Of a DNA stretch of 64,000 bases, positions 1-16,639 are shown piece after piece. The stretch comes from the human T2T-CHM13v2.0 reference genome, Homo sapiens. A model generated the notes under the pieces. It had not been told where the DNA came from and ran no database searches. It saw only the letters and a program-made list of their open reading frames with translations. Location: assembly GCF_009914755.1 (NCBI RefSeq), contig NC_060947.1; one strand, given 5' to 3'. The translations under genes and the position numbers were made by a program. Every line of letters starts with the position of its first letter. The first letter of the stretch is position 1.

Positions 1-249
1 CACCCTCCCAACTCATTCTGCTAAATCAGTGGTCAAAATCTCTAAATATCTTTCATTTTTGAACCAAGGAGATTCAATGATTCTTTTTTGTATATCCTTT
101 TGTTTTTAAAAGTTCTTAAAAGCATTGTATTTCCTTAGGCAATATGTACCTATCAAAATGCTTTGTCAGATCAGTCAAATGTCCACCAAAATTTTTCTGA
201 CCCCTATGTGTATCAGGTAATGTAAAAATTCCATTTTACTTATTGGAAA

Positions 250-640
250 CTTCCTTCTTAGAGCTGCCTGTCTTTTTATTTGCCTGCTGTAAACTGGACT
301 AATTGTTCCATAGGCTTGCAGCACTATTGTCATCCTGGAGCTTCCCTCCACTGTTACAGTATTGATGCCTTTGTTTACTAGACCTCATGTCTTCTTTCTC
401 AGTTTACAACCTCATTTTGCAGGAGAAAATCCTCTAGTGTCCTCAAATCAGAGGATAAATGGGACGTAAAAATTTTAAGTCCTTTGATATTCTTGCATGA
501 CTGAAAATGACTTTAGCCTAACTTGGCTCAATATAGAATTATACAATGAAAATAATTTGAAAGTGTTGCTGCACTTTCTCTAGGCTTCTAATATTGGTGC
601 TGTAAAATTCAATGCTGCTTTCATTCCTGTTCTTTGTATG
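250..640 (-). mobile_element. Ancient L1M fragment (ORF1 C-terminal region)
   Basis: Reverse complement contains AATTCTATATTGAGCCAAG...TTTTCAGTCATGCAAGA, resembling the decayed ILYPAKL..FSDMQ segment of old L1 ORF1. Confidence 0.5.
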
Positions 641-689
641 AAAAAAAGGACATAGGTATATATGCATAAATTGTCACAAATTTAAAAGC

Positions 690-1420
690 ACGAAGAAATA
701 ATGTAAACAACTTTGTGCAAATACATATGAAGGCAGATGAATGGCATCTTGTACTAAAAAGCATAAGTTACCAAAATTGGCCTGAGAATAAATAATGACA
801 GTTAAATAACCTAATAACCAGAAATAATTTGAATTACATTTAAAAGGCTTCCCACCACTTATACTGCAGGCCCCAATTGTTTTAGCAGTAGATTTTACCT
901 CAACTCTTTAAGATGAAAAGCCTCCAATATTCATTTTTTATGAATATATTGTAATCTAATCTACGAATACATTACAACTAAAACCAGATAAGATCAGTAC
1001 AAGAAAAATTACAGACCAAACACCCAAATATAAATGGAAAAATCCAAAATAAAATTTTAGCAAGTCTATTTCAGTATTTTTAAAAAGTACATCATGAGCA
1101 AGTATAGTTCATTCCAAGAATGTAAAGATGTTGCAACATAAAAAGTCTACCAACATAATCACCACATTAACAGATTAGAGAAAAATATGACCATTCAATA
1201 CATGCAGAAAAATTATTTAATAAAATTCAACACTTACTCATGATTTTAAAAAGAACAATCTTTAGCAAACCAGGAATAGAAATGAACCTTTACTTAACAT
1301 GATATAGGGTATCAATTCAAAACTTAAAGGAAATATCATACTTTATGGTGAAACCTTAGAGGCCTTCTCATTAAAATAAAAAACAAGACAAGGGCACCTG
1401 CTAGTATTACCTCTATTCCT
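690..1420 (+). mobile_element. Ancient L1M ORF2 (RT-region) fragment
   Basis: Decayed ORF2 motifs CAGGCCCCAATTGTTT, CATCATGAGCAAGTATAGTTCATTCCAAGAATG and ATGCAGAAAAATTATTTAATAAAATTCAACAC. Confidence 0.75.
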
Positions 1421-2053
1421 GGGGTACAGAGGGAAGGGGTTGCTTCTCATCATAAGATCTCTTGTACTGTTGGCATGTTACTACATGTTCATTACTTTGA
1501 TTTTTAAATGTTTTTACATAAAAACGATTATAATCGAATTTATGGTTATTTCATGCTTGCTTTGCCCACCATACCTATGATTAAGTCAAAGCTTAATCAG
1601 AAATATATCATCTAATTATAATGTTGCTATTATAGAAATTCATTAACCTACTTTATAATGATCCTTCTTTGATGTGATTTCTAGGAATACAACATAGTGA
1701 GAAGTAAAGATAACCTGAAGTGACCATGTAAAATAAATTAAATTGTATCAACAGTCTTCTTAAGGGTCTTGTGATCAGCCAAAGCCTAGTTCATGAAACA
1801 CGCTAGGATCCCGAGTCTGGAAGGTCACAGAGGTATTCTTGTGCAACATGCCACCAAGTACTTGAACTCAGTATTTTCTTAATTGTTCCGTGTTCCTGAC
1901 TTATTTTCATATCACCCAAGGTGTAGAATACTAGGTTTAAGTCCTAAAATATTTTAACTTAACAATAATAATGATGGTAGTAAGATAATATGAAGATGAT
2001 GCCTAACATTTTTTGCACACTTATCATGTACCAGACATTGTGCTCAATATTTC

Positions 2054-2363
<310 letters not shown>

Positions 2364-2419
2364 TTTTGTGCTCAATATTTCATGTATGTCATCTTATTTG
2401 ATCCTAGGGAACCAACTGA

Positions 2420-3116
2420 TAGCTCCCTATAAATTACTTATTAATTACAAAAGAAAAACAGTAATTTACAGTGGAGAAACCTGAAATACATCACTCTAAT
2501 CAAGTGATAAAGTTAATACTAACAATATCGGAACAATCTGACATGATTTCTCTCCTAATACGATGCACTGGGAAAGACACGACATAGCGCCTGTGGTATT
2601 TTTGCCAAAAATAAATAATCTCAATTTAATCATGATAAAACATCAGAGAAATCCAAATTCAGAGACATTCTGGAAAATAACTGACCTGTACTTTTCAAAC
2701 ATGTCAAAGTCATGAAACATAAAGACTCAGGAATCATTATCGATTAGAGGAGATTAAAGAGTGATGACAACTGAATTCAATGCATTATCCTGTTCTGGAC
2801 TCTAAACTGGGAAAAATAACTATAAAGGATAATATTCAGAAAAATGAAAAATTTGAATGTATGCTACAGATTAGATAACAGTATTGTATAGATTTTAAAT
2901 TTCCTGATTTAGATAAATGTACTGTAGTTATATAAGATAATGTTCTTGTTCTTAGAAAATATACACTGAAGTATTTTGGAATAAAGGTGCGTGATGTCTC
3001 CAATTTGCTTCCAAATGATTCAGGAAACAAATATATAAATATACTTTTACAAATATATAAATATATGTGTATGTGTCATACATATATATAAATGCATATG
3101 TATTTGTGGGTATGTG

Positions 3117-3160
<44 letters not shown>

Positions 3161-3246
3161 TATATAGATACACCCACACATACATAAATATATCGACGCA
3201 TACATAAATGTATGAGATGTGTATATATATACATACACACACACAC

Positions 3247-3285
<39 letters not shown>

Positions 3286-3390
3286 CCCACACATACATAC
3301 AGAGAGAGAATGATAAAGTAAATTAAGTAAATGGGGCAAAATATAAACAATTGCAAGTTTGAAATTATATCAAAACAAAATTTACAAAAA
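2420..3390 (+). mobile_element. L1MC-type 3' UTR fragment
   Basis: AAATTACTTATTAATTACAAAAG...TTTACAGTGGAGAAACCTG...AAATCCAAATTCAGAGACATTCT is typical of L1MC 3' ends. Confidence 0.7.
3030..3310. repeat. Compound (TA)n/(CA)n microsatellite
   Basis: CA run at 3122-3155 and TA run at 3250-3283. Confidence 0.95.
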
Positions 3391-3843
3391 TGAAATAGCC
3401 ATTATTATCCTATACTATATATCAGGAGAGTAAGGATCAGAAAGCTAAGTAATTTACACAATTAATAAGTGGTTGAGTTTGGATACAAACCCAGGTTGTC
3501 TGATCTCAAAGTCCATCCTCTCAATTATTAGGGCATATTGCCTCAAATTAGTATAATTTTTTTTTAAGAACAGGATGTATGCATCTAAATCAGTGCTTTC
3601 TTTAAAAGTACTTATCTTGAAGGGATATATGCATAATCAATTGATGCTCTTGCTGCCTCAAGTTCTATCTATGGAAATACCATCTAAGATCAGTTTGCTA
3701 CTCACATACTCAAGTTCGCCCTGATTTTTTTATTCCTCATATCTCAGGGATATTCCCAAAATGATGATTTTGAAGGGAATGCATGAAGTATGCTATGTCT
3801 GTTTTAAAAGCTGTCCCATGACTGTACAGGCGTCTTTGTTTAA

Positions 3844-4543
<700 letters not shown>

Positions 4544-4559
4544 AGCCAATGTGTGGTAA

Positions 4560-6200
<1,641 letters not shown>

Positions 6201-6216
6201 TTGTAAAAGATGAGTC

Positions 6217-6525
<309 letters not shown>

Positions 6526-6665
6526 CTACATTACTATTCAGGAATTGCTCTAGGCTTTCTTCACTTCTATGTGACACTTTTCTCACCTTCTCTGTCTTCT
6601 CAAACATCTCTATGTATTTTCATTCTCATTTTCCAGCTTCCCTCTTAAATTTTTAAATTTTTTAA

Positions 6666-6912
<247 letters not shown>

Positions 6913-6959
6913 GTTGCCGGTATTCCCTCTTGAATTTGAAGAGACTCAGTGTATGAACA

Positions 6960-7345
6960 TTCCATCTATTTGACCACAATAATTGATCTAGTGATGGACA
7001 TGTGACCCATGGAAGACCAATTAGTACTAACAATACTCAATTTAGGCACTTCCAGTTGCTCCACCAGGGAAGCAACTTCTACTGCTGGATGAAGCATTGT
7101 GACATTGAAGGCACCAGGGGTCTCTAGTAAGAGCCTGAAAACGAAAACCAACACAAGACAAGTATTTCTGACGGTTCCTGGTGAAATAATTTGCACACTG
7201 AATTAAGCCACACAGGAAGTTGGATCTGCCCCAGTCATTTATGCTTATAGTAAACCATAAATGGCCTGTTTTGCTTAAGCCAGTTTGGGTAGTTTGTTTT
7301 TATTATTTTTTGGTTACTTGCAATGAAAGAATCCTAAATGATGAG
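6960..7345 (+). mobile_element. MLT1-type MaLR LTR fragment
   Basis: GGACATGTGACCCA...TTGCTTAAGCCAGTTTGGGT...TTACTTGCAATGAAAGAATCCTAA 3' end. Confidence 0.55.
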
Positions 7346-8400
7346 ACTACTTTTCCTGGTGCGCAACCCTCTTTAGGACATGATTTCAAATCTCTGCCCC
7401 CTGTAGGACCCTGCCTATCAGGCCTATACTCAGTGGTTCCTGCCTATCAAAGGAGGGACATCAAATAATCCCTATACTACAGCACATGTAAATTAGACTC
7501 TCATGTAACACACACATAAATGAACATTAAACAGTTGCTACCCCTTTACTGAAAAGTTGGAAAGGAATTGGTGATGGCACAAAGCAAGAGAATGATACCA
7601 GAATCAGGAGTTATTCTCTTCTTACACAAAAGCCAGAGAGGTTGATTGCCAGTACCAGGGAGAAAAAGTGCATGAAGGCCACAATAACCTCGATAAAGGG
7701 TAACTTCAGCTGGCCTCTGAGAATTAAACTAGTAGAAACCCTACACAATGAATGGTCATAGCCATCTATGACAGCCAATGAAGAGAGTGCCTCTAAATGT
7801 GTGACTTGAGGTTTGGAAACATTTAAAGCTCCAATTAAAGTATTCATCTCCAAGAAACCCAAATGGAATGCAACTGTAATTAAGTAACCTGAAAGCTAAT
7901 TATATGTTCTCTTGCACCTAGCCGCATGTTTGGTACAAAGCTGTGTCAGTAAATATTTGTTGAATGAGTGAATGAATGAATCTGCATGAATAAAAGGGTC
8001 AACACAGCAGGGAAAATCTAAGGAGCTTGAAGCAGGCATCCTCCACGTGTAATCCAGGGGACAGCGTGTCTCACATAGATATAGACATAGTTACAAACAT
8101 GGATGTGGATATGGATAGACGGTAGAGACAGACCTGGCTCTGTGTGATTGGTTAATACACATCTACCACCAGACGCCCACTCTCAGTGAGGGAGTCAGAC
8201 CTTGGACCCTATTGCACTGAACCAGGTAAATTTCACTTTCTGTGGCCTCTTGGCAGCCAGCCAGCTGGATTTCTTCTAGTGATAACCTCTGCATTTGTCA
8301 TGAGCTAAGCTAGCCTTAGCACCGCAAGTACCTTAACCTACACATGGAGCAATGAAAAAACAACCTTAGCATCAGGAAGGACATTGAAAAAGTAGACATC

Positions 8401-8581
8401 GGGGTAAGGGGAGGGAGAGCATTAGGACAAATACCTCATGCATGCAGGGCTTAAAATCTAGATGACAGGTTGATAGGTGCAGCAAACCACCATGGCACAT
8501 GTATACGTGTGTAACAAACCCGCAAATTCTGCACATGTATACCAGAACTTAAAGTAGAATTAAAAAAATTTTAAATTTTTT
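8401..8581 (+). mobile_element. Short 5'-truncated L1PA 3' end
   Basis: GGGAGAGCATTAGGACAAATACC...CAGCAAACCACCATGGCACATGTATAC...CCAGAACTTAAAGT; flanked by AAAAAGTAGA(C/A)AT. Confidence 0.9.
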
Positions 8582-8599
8582 AAAAAGTAGAAATTGTGT

Positions 8600-9139
<540 letters not shown>

Positions 9140-9895
9140 TTAAAAAATGAAAACAAGTTTTCCATTTCTAAACTTGCCAGGTCAATGCCAGGCCTTGCAC
9201 TGTTCTGATGTGTGGTTACACTTTCTTATCAAAGGAAAACACAGGGGCCTCATCAAGCTCTCTGTGTCAGTCATAATTACAGAAAGAAAGTTTGATTCTA
9301 TCTTGATTTATTCTCTCTCTCTCTCTTTTTTTTTTTTTTTGGTCAAAAGGTCAACAACAACAAAAAAATGTTTGCTCAGAGAGAAAGGAGATTATGTAAA
9401 TAATTAGCCCATTCCAAGATTATGTTGCATATATATAGTACAATGGAAAGCTTAAAAAAGGACTGGAATTCACAGGGGGGGCCAGACAGTTTATGAATTT
9501 GGGAAATAGAAACTGTCTATAGGTCTGCTTATCTGAATGCATGGAGGAAGAATTGGGCTGGTTAATGGAATGAGCCCTCCCCCACAAGCCCACACCAGGA
9601 TTCTCAACTTGCAAAGAATCAGAAATCAGTGAAGGCGACCTAAATGTTAATAACATACTGAACCAAATGGAATCTCTTCATCAATTGCTAAAGCTATTGT
9701 GGTACAGAATTATGTAGTGTCTGGGTCATCTGTATGTATACCAATTCCTCCACATGGGACCAAAAAGAGAGAGAGCTTGAGAAGAAACGTGGACACGAGA
9801 TTTCTAGGATAGCCAGGTAAGATTCTGCTCAGAGTGGCATCCCAGACACCTTCTCAGGCTCATTTTGATGATGCTTTCTTTCTCTGATTTTACAG

Positions 9896-9959
9896 GCTCA
9901 CCCATAGCTTTCTCATGTGTGATTTGGTCTCCTGAGGCTGAAGTCTGAAGTATGAAAAG
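9896..9959 (+). other. Candidate 5' UTR exon of the repeat-protein gene
   Basis: Acceptor TTTCTTTCTCTGATTTTACAG| at 9895; donor AAG|GTAACA at 9960; upstream donor CAG|GTAAGA at 9817 gives a 79-nt intron. Confidence 0.4.
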
Positions 9960-10541
9960 GTAACAACAGTGCCAAAGCCTTTACCTGACCATTAAGTGAT
10001 GGGTCTATCCCCCTTAGGTGAAAATGGGTATATTTATCCAAATATCTTTGTGGGATTTTTGTTGTTTGTTTGTTTCATTGTTGTCCTCTGCTTTCAAAGA
10101 AGACACTGCGGATTTCAAAAGCTGATGAAGATTGAAACTGCGCCATGCATTGGTATATTGAGGGCATCCAGGGTCCACAGTTGATACGTTGTACTGGGAA
10201 AGGAAAATTTTGTGGAAAGTTATGGAGGGTTTAGCACCACATCAAAGAATCAGCAGCCAGTGAGGACAGGCTTCTGACATCCTCATCTTGTTTATGGCCT
10301 CCTCAACCTGCACTGAGTTCCTACTTTTACTAACTCATTTCAGGTATCCTTAGAGACTAATCCTGATTTCAGCCCTCAGATCTAATACTTAATTATAACT
10401 GTTCTTCCAGAAAGGACATTTTGCTTGTGTTGACTACAACTCATATTTATCTCTTGGATTACTTTCTGCTCTCTCCACTCCAGGTAAACACTCCACCTGA
10501 TCCAGAAACAAAAACAAAGCAAAGTTAGAAGGAAGAGAAAC

Positions 10542-12136
10542 ATGAAAAAAGACATTTTAGCTCATATGGAGGCTCTGACCACTAAGGCAAGTGACACAGA
10601 TCCAGCCACAGCAGCAGTACCCTCAGGGGTGGCACCTCCAGTTCAGATTCCACTTGAAGATGCTCCGCCCATCGCCAGTCAAGGGGTAGATGGGCAGAAA
10701 AGCATGGGTCAAAAAGAGAATGATGAGATGGAAGAAATATCTCATTCTACTTTGCGTCCAAGTACAGTGGCTGGTTCTTCAGGCCCAAATGTGGCTCCGG
10801 TTCACCCAGTATTGGAGGGGGCATCCTCTGCTGCTAATGATGGGGGAAATGTAAAGAAAAAAAATAGCCATAAAAGGAGGAATAGAAAGGAATTAAGGTT
10901 GTGTATCTTTCTTGGCCTCTGATGCTACAGCCTCGGGCGTCTTCTGCAGCCCCGGTTCTGAGTCAGACTTATGTTATGGGGGCTTTGCCAGTTGCCAATA
11001 TCAATGTCAATGTAGGGCAAGAAAGCAGGGAGCAAAGAGGAAATAATAAGGAGGAGAAGACAGTTCTCTTGCAGCCTTGGAAGACACCGGCTGGCACCCT
11101 GCTGCCAGCAGCAAGTCCAGTTCAGTCCTCTCTTGAGGGGGCCTCTCTGGCAGCCAATGGGGAGATTAAAAGAGGGCAGAAAAGCCGCTATAAAGGGAGA
11201 CATAAAAAGAACAAAAAGATTGTGGCTAGTCCCTGGCCTCTGAGAGTACAGGCTTGGACATCTTTCACAGTCCCAGCTCAGGTACAGACCATTTTTGCAC
11301 AGGCTTCTCCAGTTGCTAATGATGGGGTCAGTGTGGGGCACAAAAGCAAGGATGAGATGGATAAAATCTCAACTCCCACTTTGTGTCAGAGTGCACAGGA
11401 TGGTGTCCCATGCTCAGCTGCAGCTCTGGAGGGGACGTCCCCTGCTGCTAACAGTGAGGAAAAGATAGGGAAGAAAAGAAGACATAAAAGGAGGAATAGA
11501 AAGAACAAAAGTGTTCTGGCTCATCCCTGGCCTCTGACAGTACAAGTTTGGGCATCACTCACAGTAGCAGATCCAGTCCAGACTTTTTTTCAGAGAGAGT
11601 CTCCTGCTGAAAGTTCAAGGGTGAATGTGGGGCAGAAAATTTGGAGAATTCACCTGGAGAACAGTGAGGAAGAAACAAAGGCTGTTCTTCCTTGGTATGT
11701 GAGGGCACAGGTTGGTGCCCCTTTCTCAGCAACAGCTCCTTTGCAGACTTCATTTGAGGGGGCTCCATTTCTGGGAGACATATATTCCAAGCTGAACAAA
11801 TTCACAAGGGTGCCTAAGAGGGGAGATGAGAAACAAATGCAGAACAGCATAGAGCAGACCCTGAAATTCTATCAGGGTCGGAGAAATTCAGAGAGATACC
11901 CAGAGGATCAAAACTTGTGGAAATGTACTGTGATGAATTTTGTTAGGCAAGTCGACTGTTGTTGTGGGGAGCTCTGCACACAAGAGAGGATGGAGGCTTT
12001 GACTTTGGTAAATGCCCATACCCACATCAGTACTTCAGTGATGGAAATGCAGGGAAGAGAGAAGGAAATGGTTGAATGTCTGGATGGGGACATGGGAAGG
12101 TTTTTAAGGTACAGAAGAGAAAAGAAAGGGAATTAA
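10542..12136 (+). pseudogene. Frameshifted single-coding-exon gene for an unrecognised ~531-aa protein with ~53-aa tandem repeats and basic NLS-like tracts
   Basis: ORFs 10542-10922 and 10901-12136 overlap and share one repeat family (LEGAS.AAN, HKRRNRK, WPL.VQ). Restoring 1 bp near 10893 joins them. ATG in AAACATGA context, 58 nt after acceptor CTCTCTCCACTCCAG| at 10483. Not transposon-like. Confidence 0.7.
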
Positions 12137-12569
12137 GGAGCATTCAGTGCAATTGTCTACATTTGGTGGGGAGAGAGGTGTTTGAAATGCTACCCTGAGG
12201 AAAGGGAAGCTCACTACATAAATGGTAAATTTCTCCCTATTATACAGAATTATCACTCTTACTCTCTTGAGGGATGATTTCTCTTTGTAATTAAGTTTTA
12301 AGTTGATTGGCAGATACAGGGTAATACTTCAGAAAAGCAAAATCACCTTTTTTCTCTGTGTATCCTCTTTCCCATTTGTTCTCTAACAGCATTGGGAAAG
12401 GTCTGTTGTTTATGGATGATAAACAGTATTATGAGTCTGGATTATAAACCAAAGAAAGAATGTGTATTGAATCCTGAAAACCCTTCTCTTGACTGGAAAA
12501 TGTTATTGTATATTGTATATTAGATTGTAAGCTGCCTTAATGATTGCATTTAGTTGTGATACTGGCCAG

Positions 12570-12818
12570 CTTGCAGTTGTTAAGAGCACAGACTCTAGAG
12601 CCACAATGCCTGAGTTCAAAGCCCAGCTTTGCTGCTTACTACCCGTGTTTCTCTAAGTAAGTCACTCATCTCTTCTTAGGTTCCCCCTCTCTCACATGGG
12701 GATACTAATAGAACCTGCCTCAAAGAGTTGTGTGAGGATTAAATGAGTTAAGACATGTGAGGCACTTAGAAGAGTACTTTGCATGGAAGCTCTCTAACAA
12801 TATCACTTATTGTTATTT
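12570..12818 (+). mobile_element. MIR
   Basis: GTTAAGAGCACAGACTCTAGAGCC...GTTGTGTGAGGATTAAATGAG. Confidence 0.85.
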
Positions 12819-12880
12819 GACCTTTCAGCATTACAGTTCATGAAAGGTATGGCACTGTGGTATCATATGTTCTAAAAAAC

Positions 12881-13876
12881 AAATGTCACTGCATGCATAA
12901 GACGGAATATGATGCCTCCATTTAAATTATGGTAACAAAGATTCCTAAAGGCACGGAAAATGCTTGTGGATGAAATACTTAAGGAGAAGAAAAGCAGGCA
13001 ATAAAATGGTTGCTACCTTTTCCAGGTAGTAGGGTCTCAACTATGTCAAGAAAACATGGAACAATAAAGGCCAGGAGAGACATACCTTATTATGTTAATA
13101 TTGGTTACCGCTGGACGGGGATATCGTGCATAGCTGCTAGGTTTTTCTACTTCTTGACCCTTTTGTGTAACTGGTCCAAATTTCTACATGACCACATACC
13201 ACTTTCTAATCAGCAAATAATCTAAGATAAATTAATGAGGGAACCAAGAAGAAGAAGAAGACTTCTCCAAGGTGGACTTATTGGAGGACAGTCACCCAAC
13301 GTTGGAGGTGCAGAGGGGACAAGGCCTTTCTGGGTGAAGACTACCCCCTAGCCTAGGGGTAGTCTGAAAAAGAGATCCAAGCACCTTTGACTGGGGCCAA
13401 ATAGCACACAGACAGTTACTATGCTGGGAAGGAGAGGAGGGACTTCCAGTTTTCGCAAACAATTTGCGGGGCAAACGACGGGAGATGGCTTTTCTTGTGC
13501 TAGAAACAACCATTGCCTGATTCTGCAAGGCTGGCTCTGCTCTGGCTATTGTTGCTGCCATCTGTGAGGTTTGTTGTAAGCTTATCTGGGAAGCTTGGCT
13601 GGACAACGTAGTTGGGCATAGTTTGAGATTAAGAAGTACATTTTTGTATCCACCTTGTGTAGAGCCTGGCTTTGGGGTCATTTTAGTTAAAATGAAGCTA
13701 TGATGGCAACATTAAAAGTGTAGATATTCATGGGAGGCTCTCTGTGTGTGTGTCAGGGGGTGAGGGCCCAAGCACCCCTTTTATATGTTCCTTTGGCGAA
13801 ATTTCAAGAAGCACCTACATAAAGGTACAGACAGGACTTTTCTGATGCCCACTCATCTCCTGCTCCAAGGGTATGC
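12881..13876 (+). repeat. Left arm of imperfect inverted repeat (partner 20265-21368)
   Basis: For example GGTGGACTTATTGGAGGACAGTCACCCAACGTTGGAGG and CATTGCCTGATTCTGCA...GGGCATAGTTTGAGA are reverse-complemented in the right arm. Confidence 0.95.
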
Positions 13877-13916
13877 TTTCAAACCTGGCTCACACAGAAG
13901 AAAGGGCACAGGCTGA

Positions 13917-14280
<364 letters not shown>

Positions 14281-14345
14281 TCCCCTTTTTCAAAAGCTGC
14301 TTTGTTCCATCCCTGCCCTCCAGCACAAAGTTTGAGAGTAGGTGA

Positions 14346-14372
14346 TTTTCTTTCTTTCTTTCTTTCTTTCTT

Positions 14373-14406
<34 letters not shown>
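14346..14406. repeat. (CTTT)n/poly-T tract
   Basis: Direct reading. Confidence 0.9.
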
Positions 14407-14408
<2 letters not shown>

Positions 14409-16099
14409 CTGGTGTATGGCTTATCTCTGGAGTAAATGTTCTGCTTTGTAGGAACACTGATATAGTTCAGGGTCAAGGTCTCTCATCAGCCACCAGCTGG
14501 ATGGGAACTGAATTTTTAAGGCAAGCATTAAAGTTTTGAGTCCTCTTGGCAAACTCACTCTGTCCTCCCACTGAGTCCACACAGGAGCAGTGGGAAAGAT
14601 TGGAACCCAGCTACCTGCCCAGCTGAATGCAAATACCATTATAAGGAGGGCATGCAAATACCTTTGGAATAAACTTTAGGAGGACACTAGTGTGACAGGA
14701 TATGCAAAAACCCAAAGTACACAGCTTGCTTGCAGAAGTCCAAAACTGCTTTCCCGTCACCTTGCCATGCCCCTTACCTCTAGCCAAACTGTGCTTCCCA
14801 CCCCAAAGATCACAAAAGCAAAATACAAGACATCCTTTCACAGAGGGGACCCTTAAAGGATGCAACAAGAAGCTAACAGCCGTCTTCTTGTTACATTTCT
14901 GCAGGATGAACAATCACTTGGCTGTTTCTCTCCTACTCCTTAATGACCCAAGCAATTCAGCTATTAAGTGATAAATCCTCTGTGTATTCATGACCGGCTG
15001 GTTTAATTCTGCAGCCCAAACTGCAACAATCAAGATAATTGAGCTGTCTCAGAAGCATTAGGGGAGCCAGCTGCTATCCAAAGCAGAAAACAAACTCACC
15101 GGGCAGCAGGAGCCCTGTCCCCCGAGAAAGAAATGCTGAAGAAAGGGACAGAATGGGATGAAGGGTATAAACTTTAAGAAGAGCTAGTGAAAGACAAAAA
15201 CAGGGAAAAGTGTTTCCAATTCCTTCTGGACACCCTGCCACCTCCTCTTTTGGCCTATATCCTGGCACCCAGCTGCAGCAAGCTTGTAGAATTTACTCCA
15301 AGTGGCTCATTAACGGGTCCCAATCATCCTGAGGGAGCACAGGGAAGATGGACTAGCTACCTGATAAGAGAGATGACTTGGAAGGATGACTTCTAACTCC
15401 TGTGCCTTCGCTCACTGTTTACCCCAACCAATATCGGTTCTCTGAAAACAAAACAAAACAAAACAAAACAAAACAACAGCCCAAGGAAGGGAAACAGGAG
15501 AACATTTACTTATTGGTGTTCAGCTTTTTCCTTTGTGGATTGTGGATGCTGAATAGGCTTGGCTGGGCAAGCAGATGATGTTTGGATGAGCGACTTCTGA
15601 GTCTCCATCACTCAGGATGGGCATATCGTTCAGCCAGATGCCCACTCACTAGCTGGAGAAGATTGTACCAAACCCAATACCCTCTTTGTAGGCTACAGAC
15701 CTTGAGAGGTACTTCCGTTGTGTTTTCCTAGAGAATAAGCTCTATTTTAGCTGGTCCAATGGCTGAGCAGATGGAATTGCTCCGTCTCTTTATAAACAGG
15801 TCAGAGCCTGACTACCTCTAGATGACTGCCTATAAAGTCACTCTCAATTCCAAACTCCCAAGACCAAACATTCTCATCCAGCAACACAGCATTTGGCTCA
15901 AAAAATGAATAAACTAAAGATCTTTTCCTTAGCTAAACGGTGGGAATGAGAGTTTTGTTTACCCGGGACTGTTCTCTTTTCTGAATGAACCGTGGTTAAG
16001 TGTTTAAGCAAGGAAATACATACTTGGAATGACTTTCTCTCAATTTCTTCTTATTTCAAACTATCATGCACACAGATAGCAGATTAATCTTTCAACAAT

Positions 16100-16245
16100 T
16101 AATTTTATACTTTTTAAATTTTGAAATAATTCTAGACTCGTAAGAAGTTGCAAAAATAATGCAGAGATGTCCCTTGTACCCATTGCCCAGATTTCCCCAG
16201 TGGTGGCATCTTACATAATTATTGTATATTATCAAAACCAGACTC
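16100..16245 (-). mobile_element. L1MC-type 3' end fragment
   Basis: TTTTGAAATAATTCTAGACTCGTAAGAAGTTGCAAAAATAATGCAGAG. Confidence 0.7.
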
Positions 16246-16325
16246 ATTGGCTTATTAGAATTAAGTACACAGACGTTGCTCAGATATCAGCAGTAAAAAA
16301 AACTAAATTTTAAAACACTGCAATG

Positions 16326-16639
<314 letters not shown>

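Noticed and set aside
250-1420. Opposite-strand L1 pieces suggesting a twin-priming inversion
   Set aside because: Too decayed; no TSD or clean junction visible, so they may be independent fragments
2952-3339. ORFs rich in CV/YI repeats
   Set aside because: Dinucleotide microsatellite artefacts
10925-12093. Minus-strand ORFs opposite the repeat ORF
   Set aside because: Shadow frames with no independent support
13292-13681. Similar peptides (SSQASQIS.QQTSQMAATIARA) here and at 20645-20833, suggesting paralogous genes
   Set aside because: Explained by DNA identity of the inverted-repeat arms; frames and stops differ between arms
15510-15727. Faint resemblance of one minus frame (PTKRVL...ICPS) to the Aurora A N-terminus
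   Set aside because: A few residues only, several stops, and no kinase domain nearby
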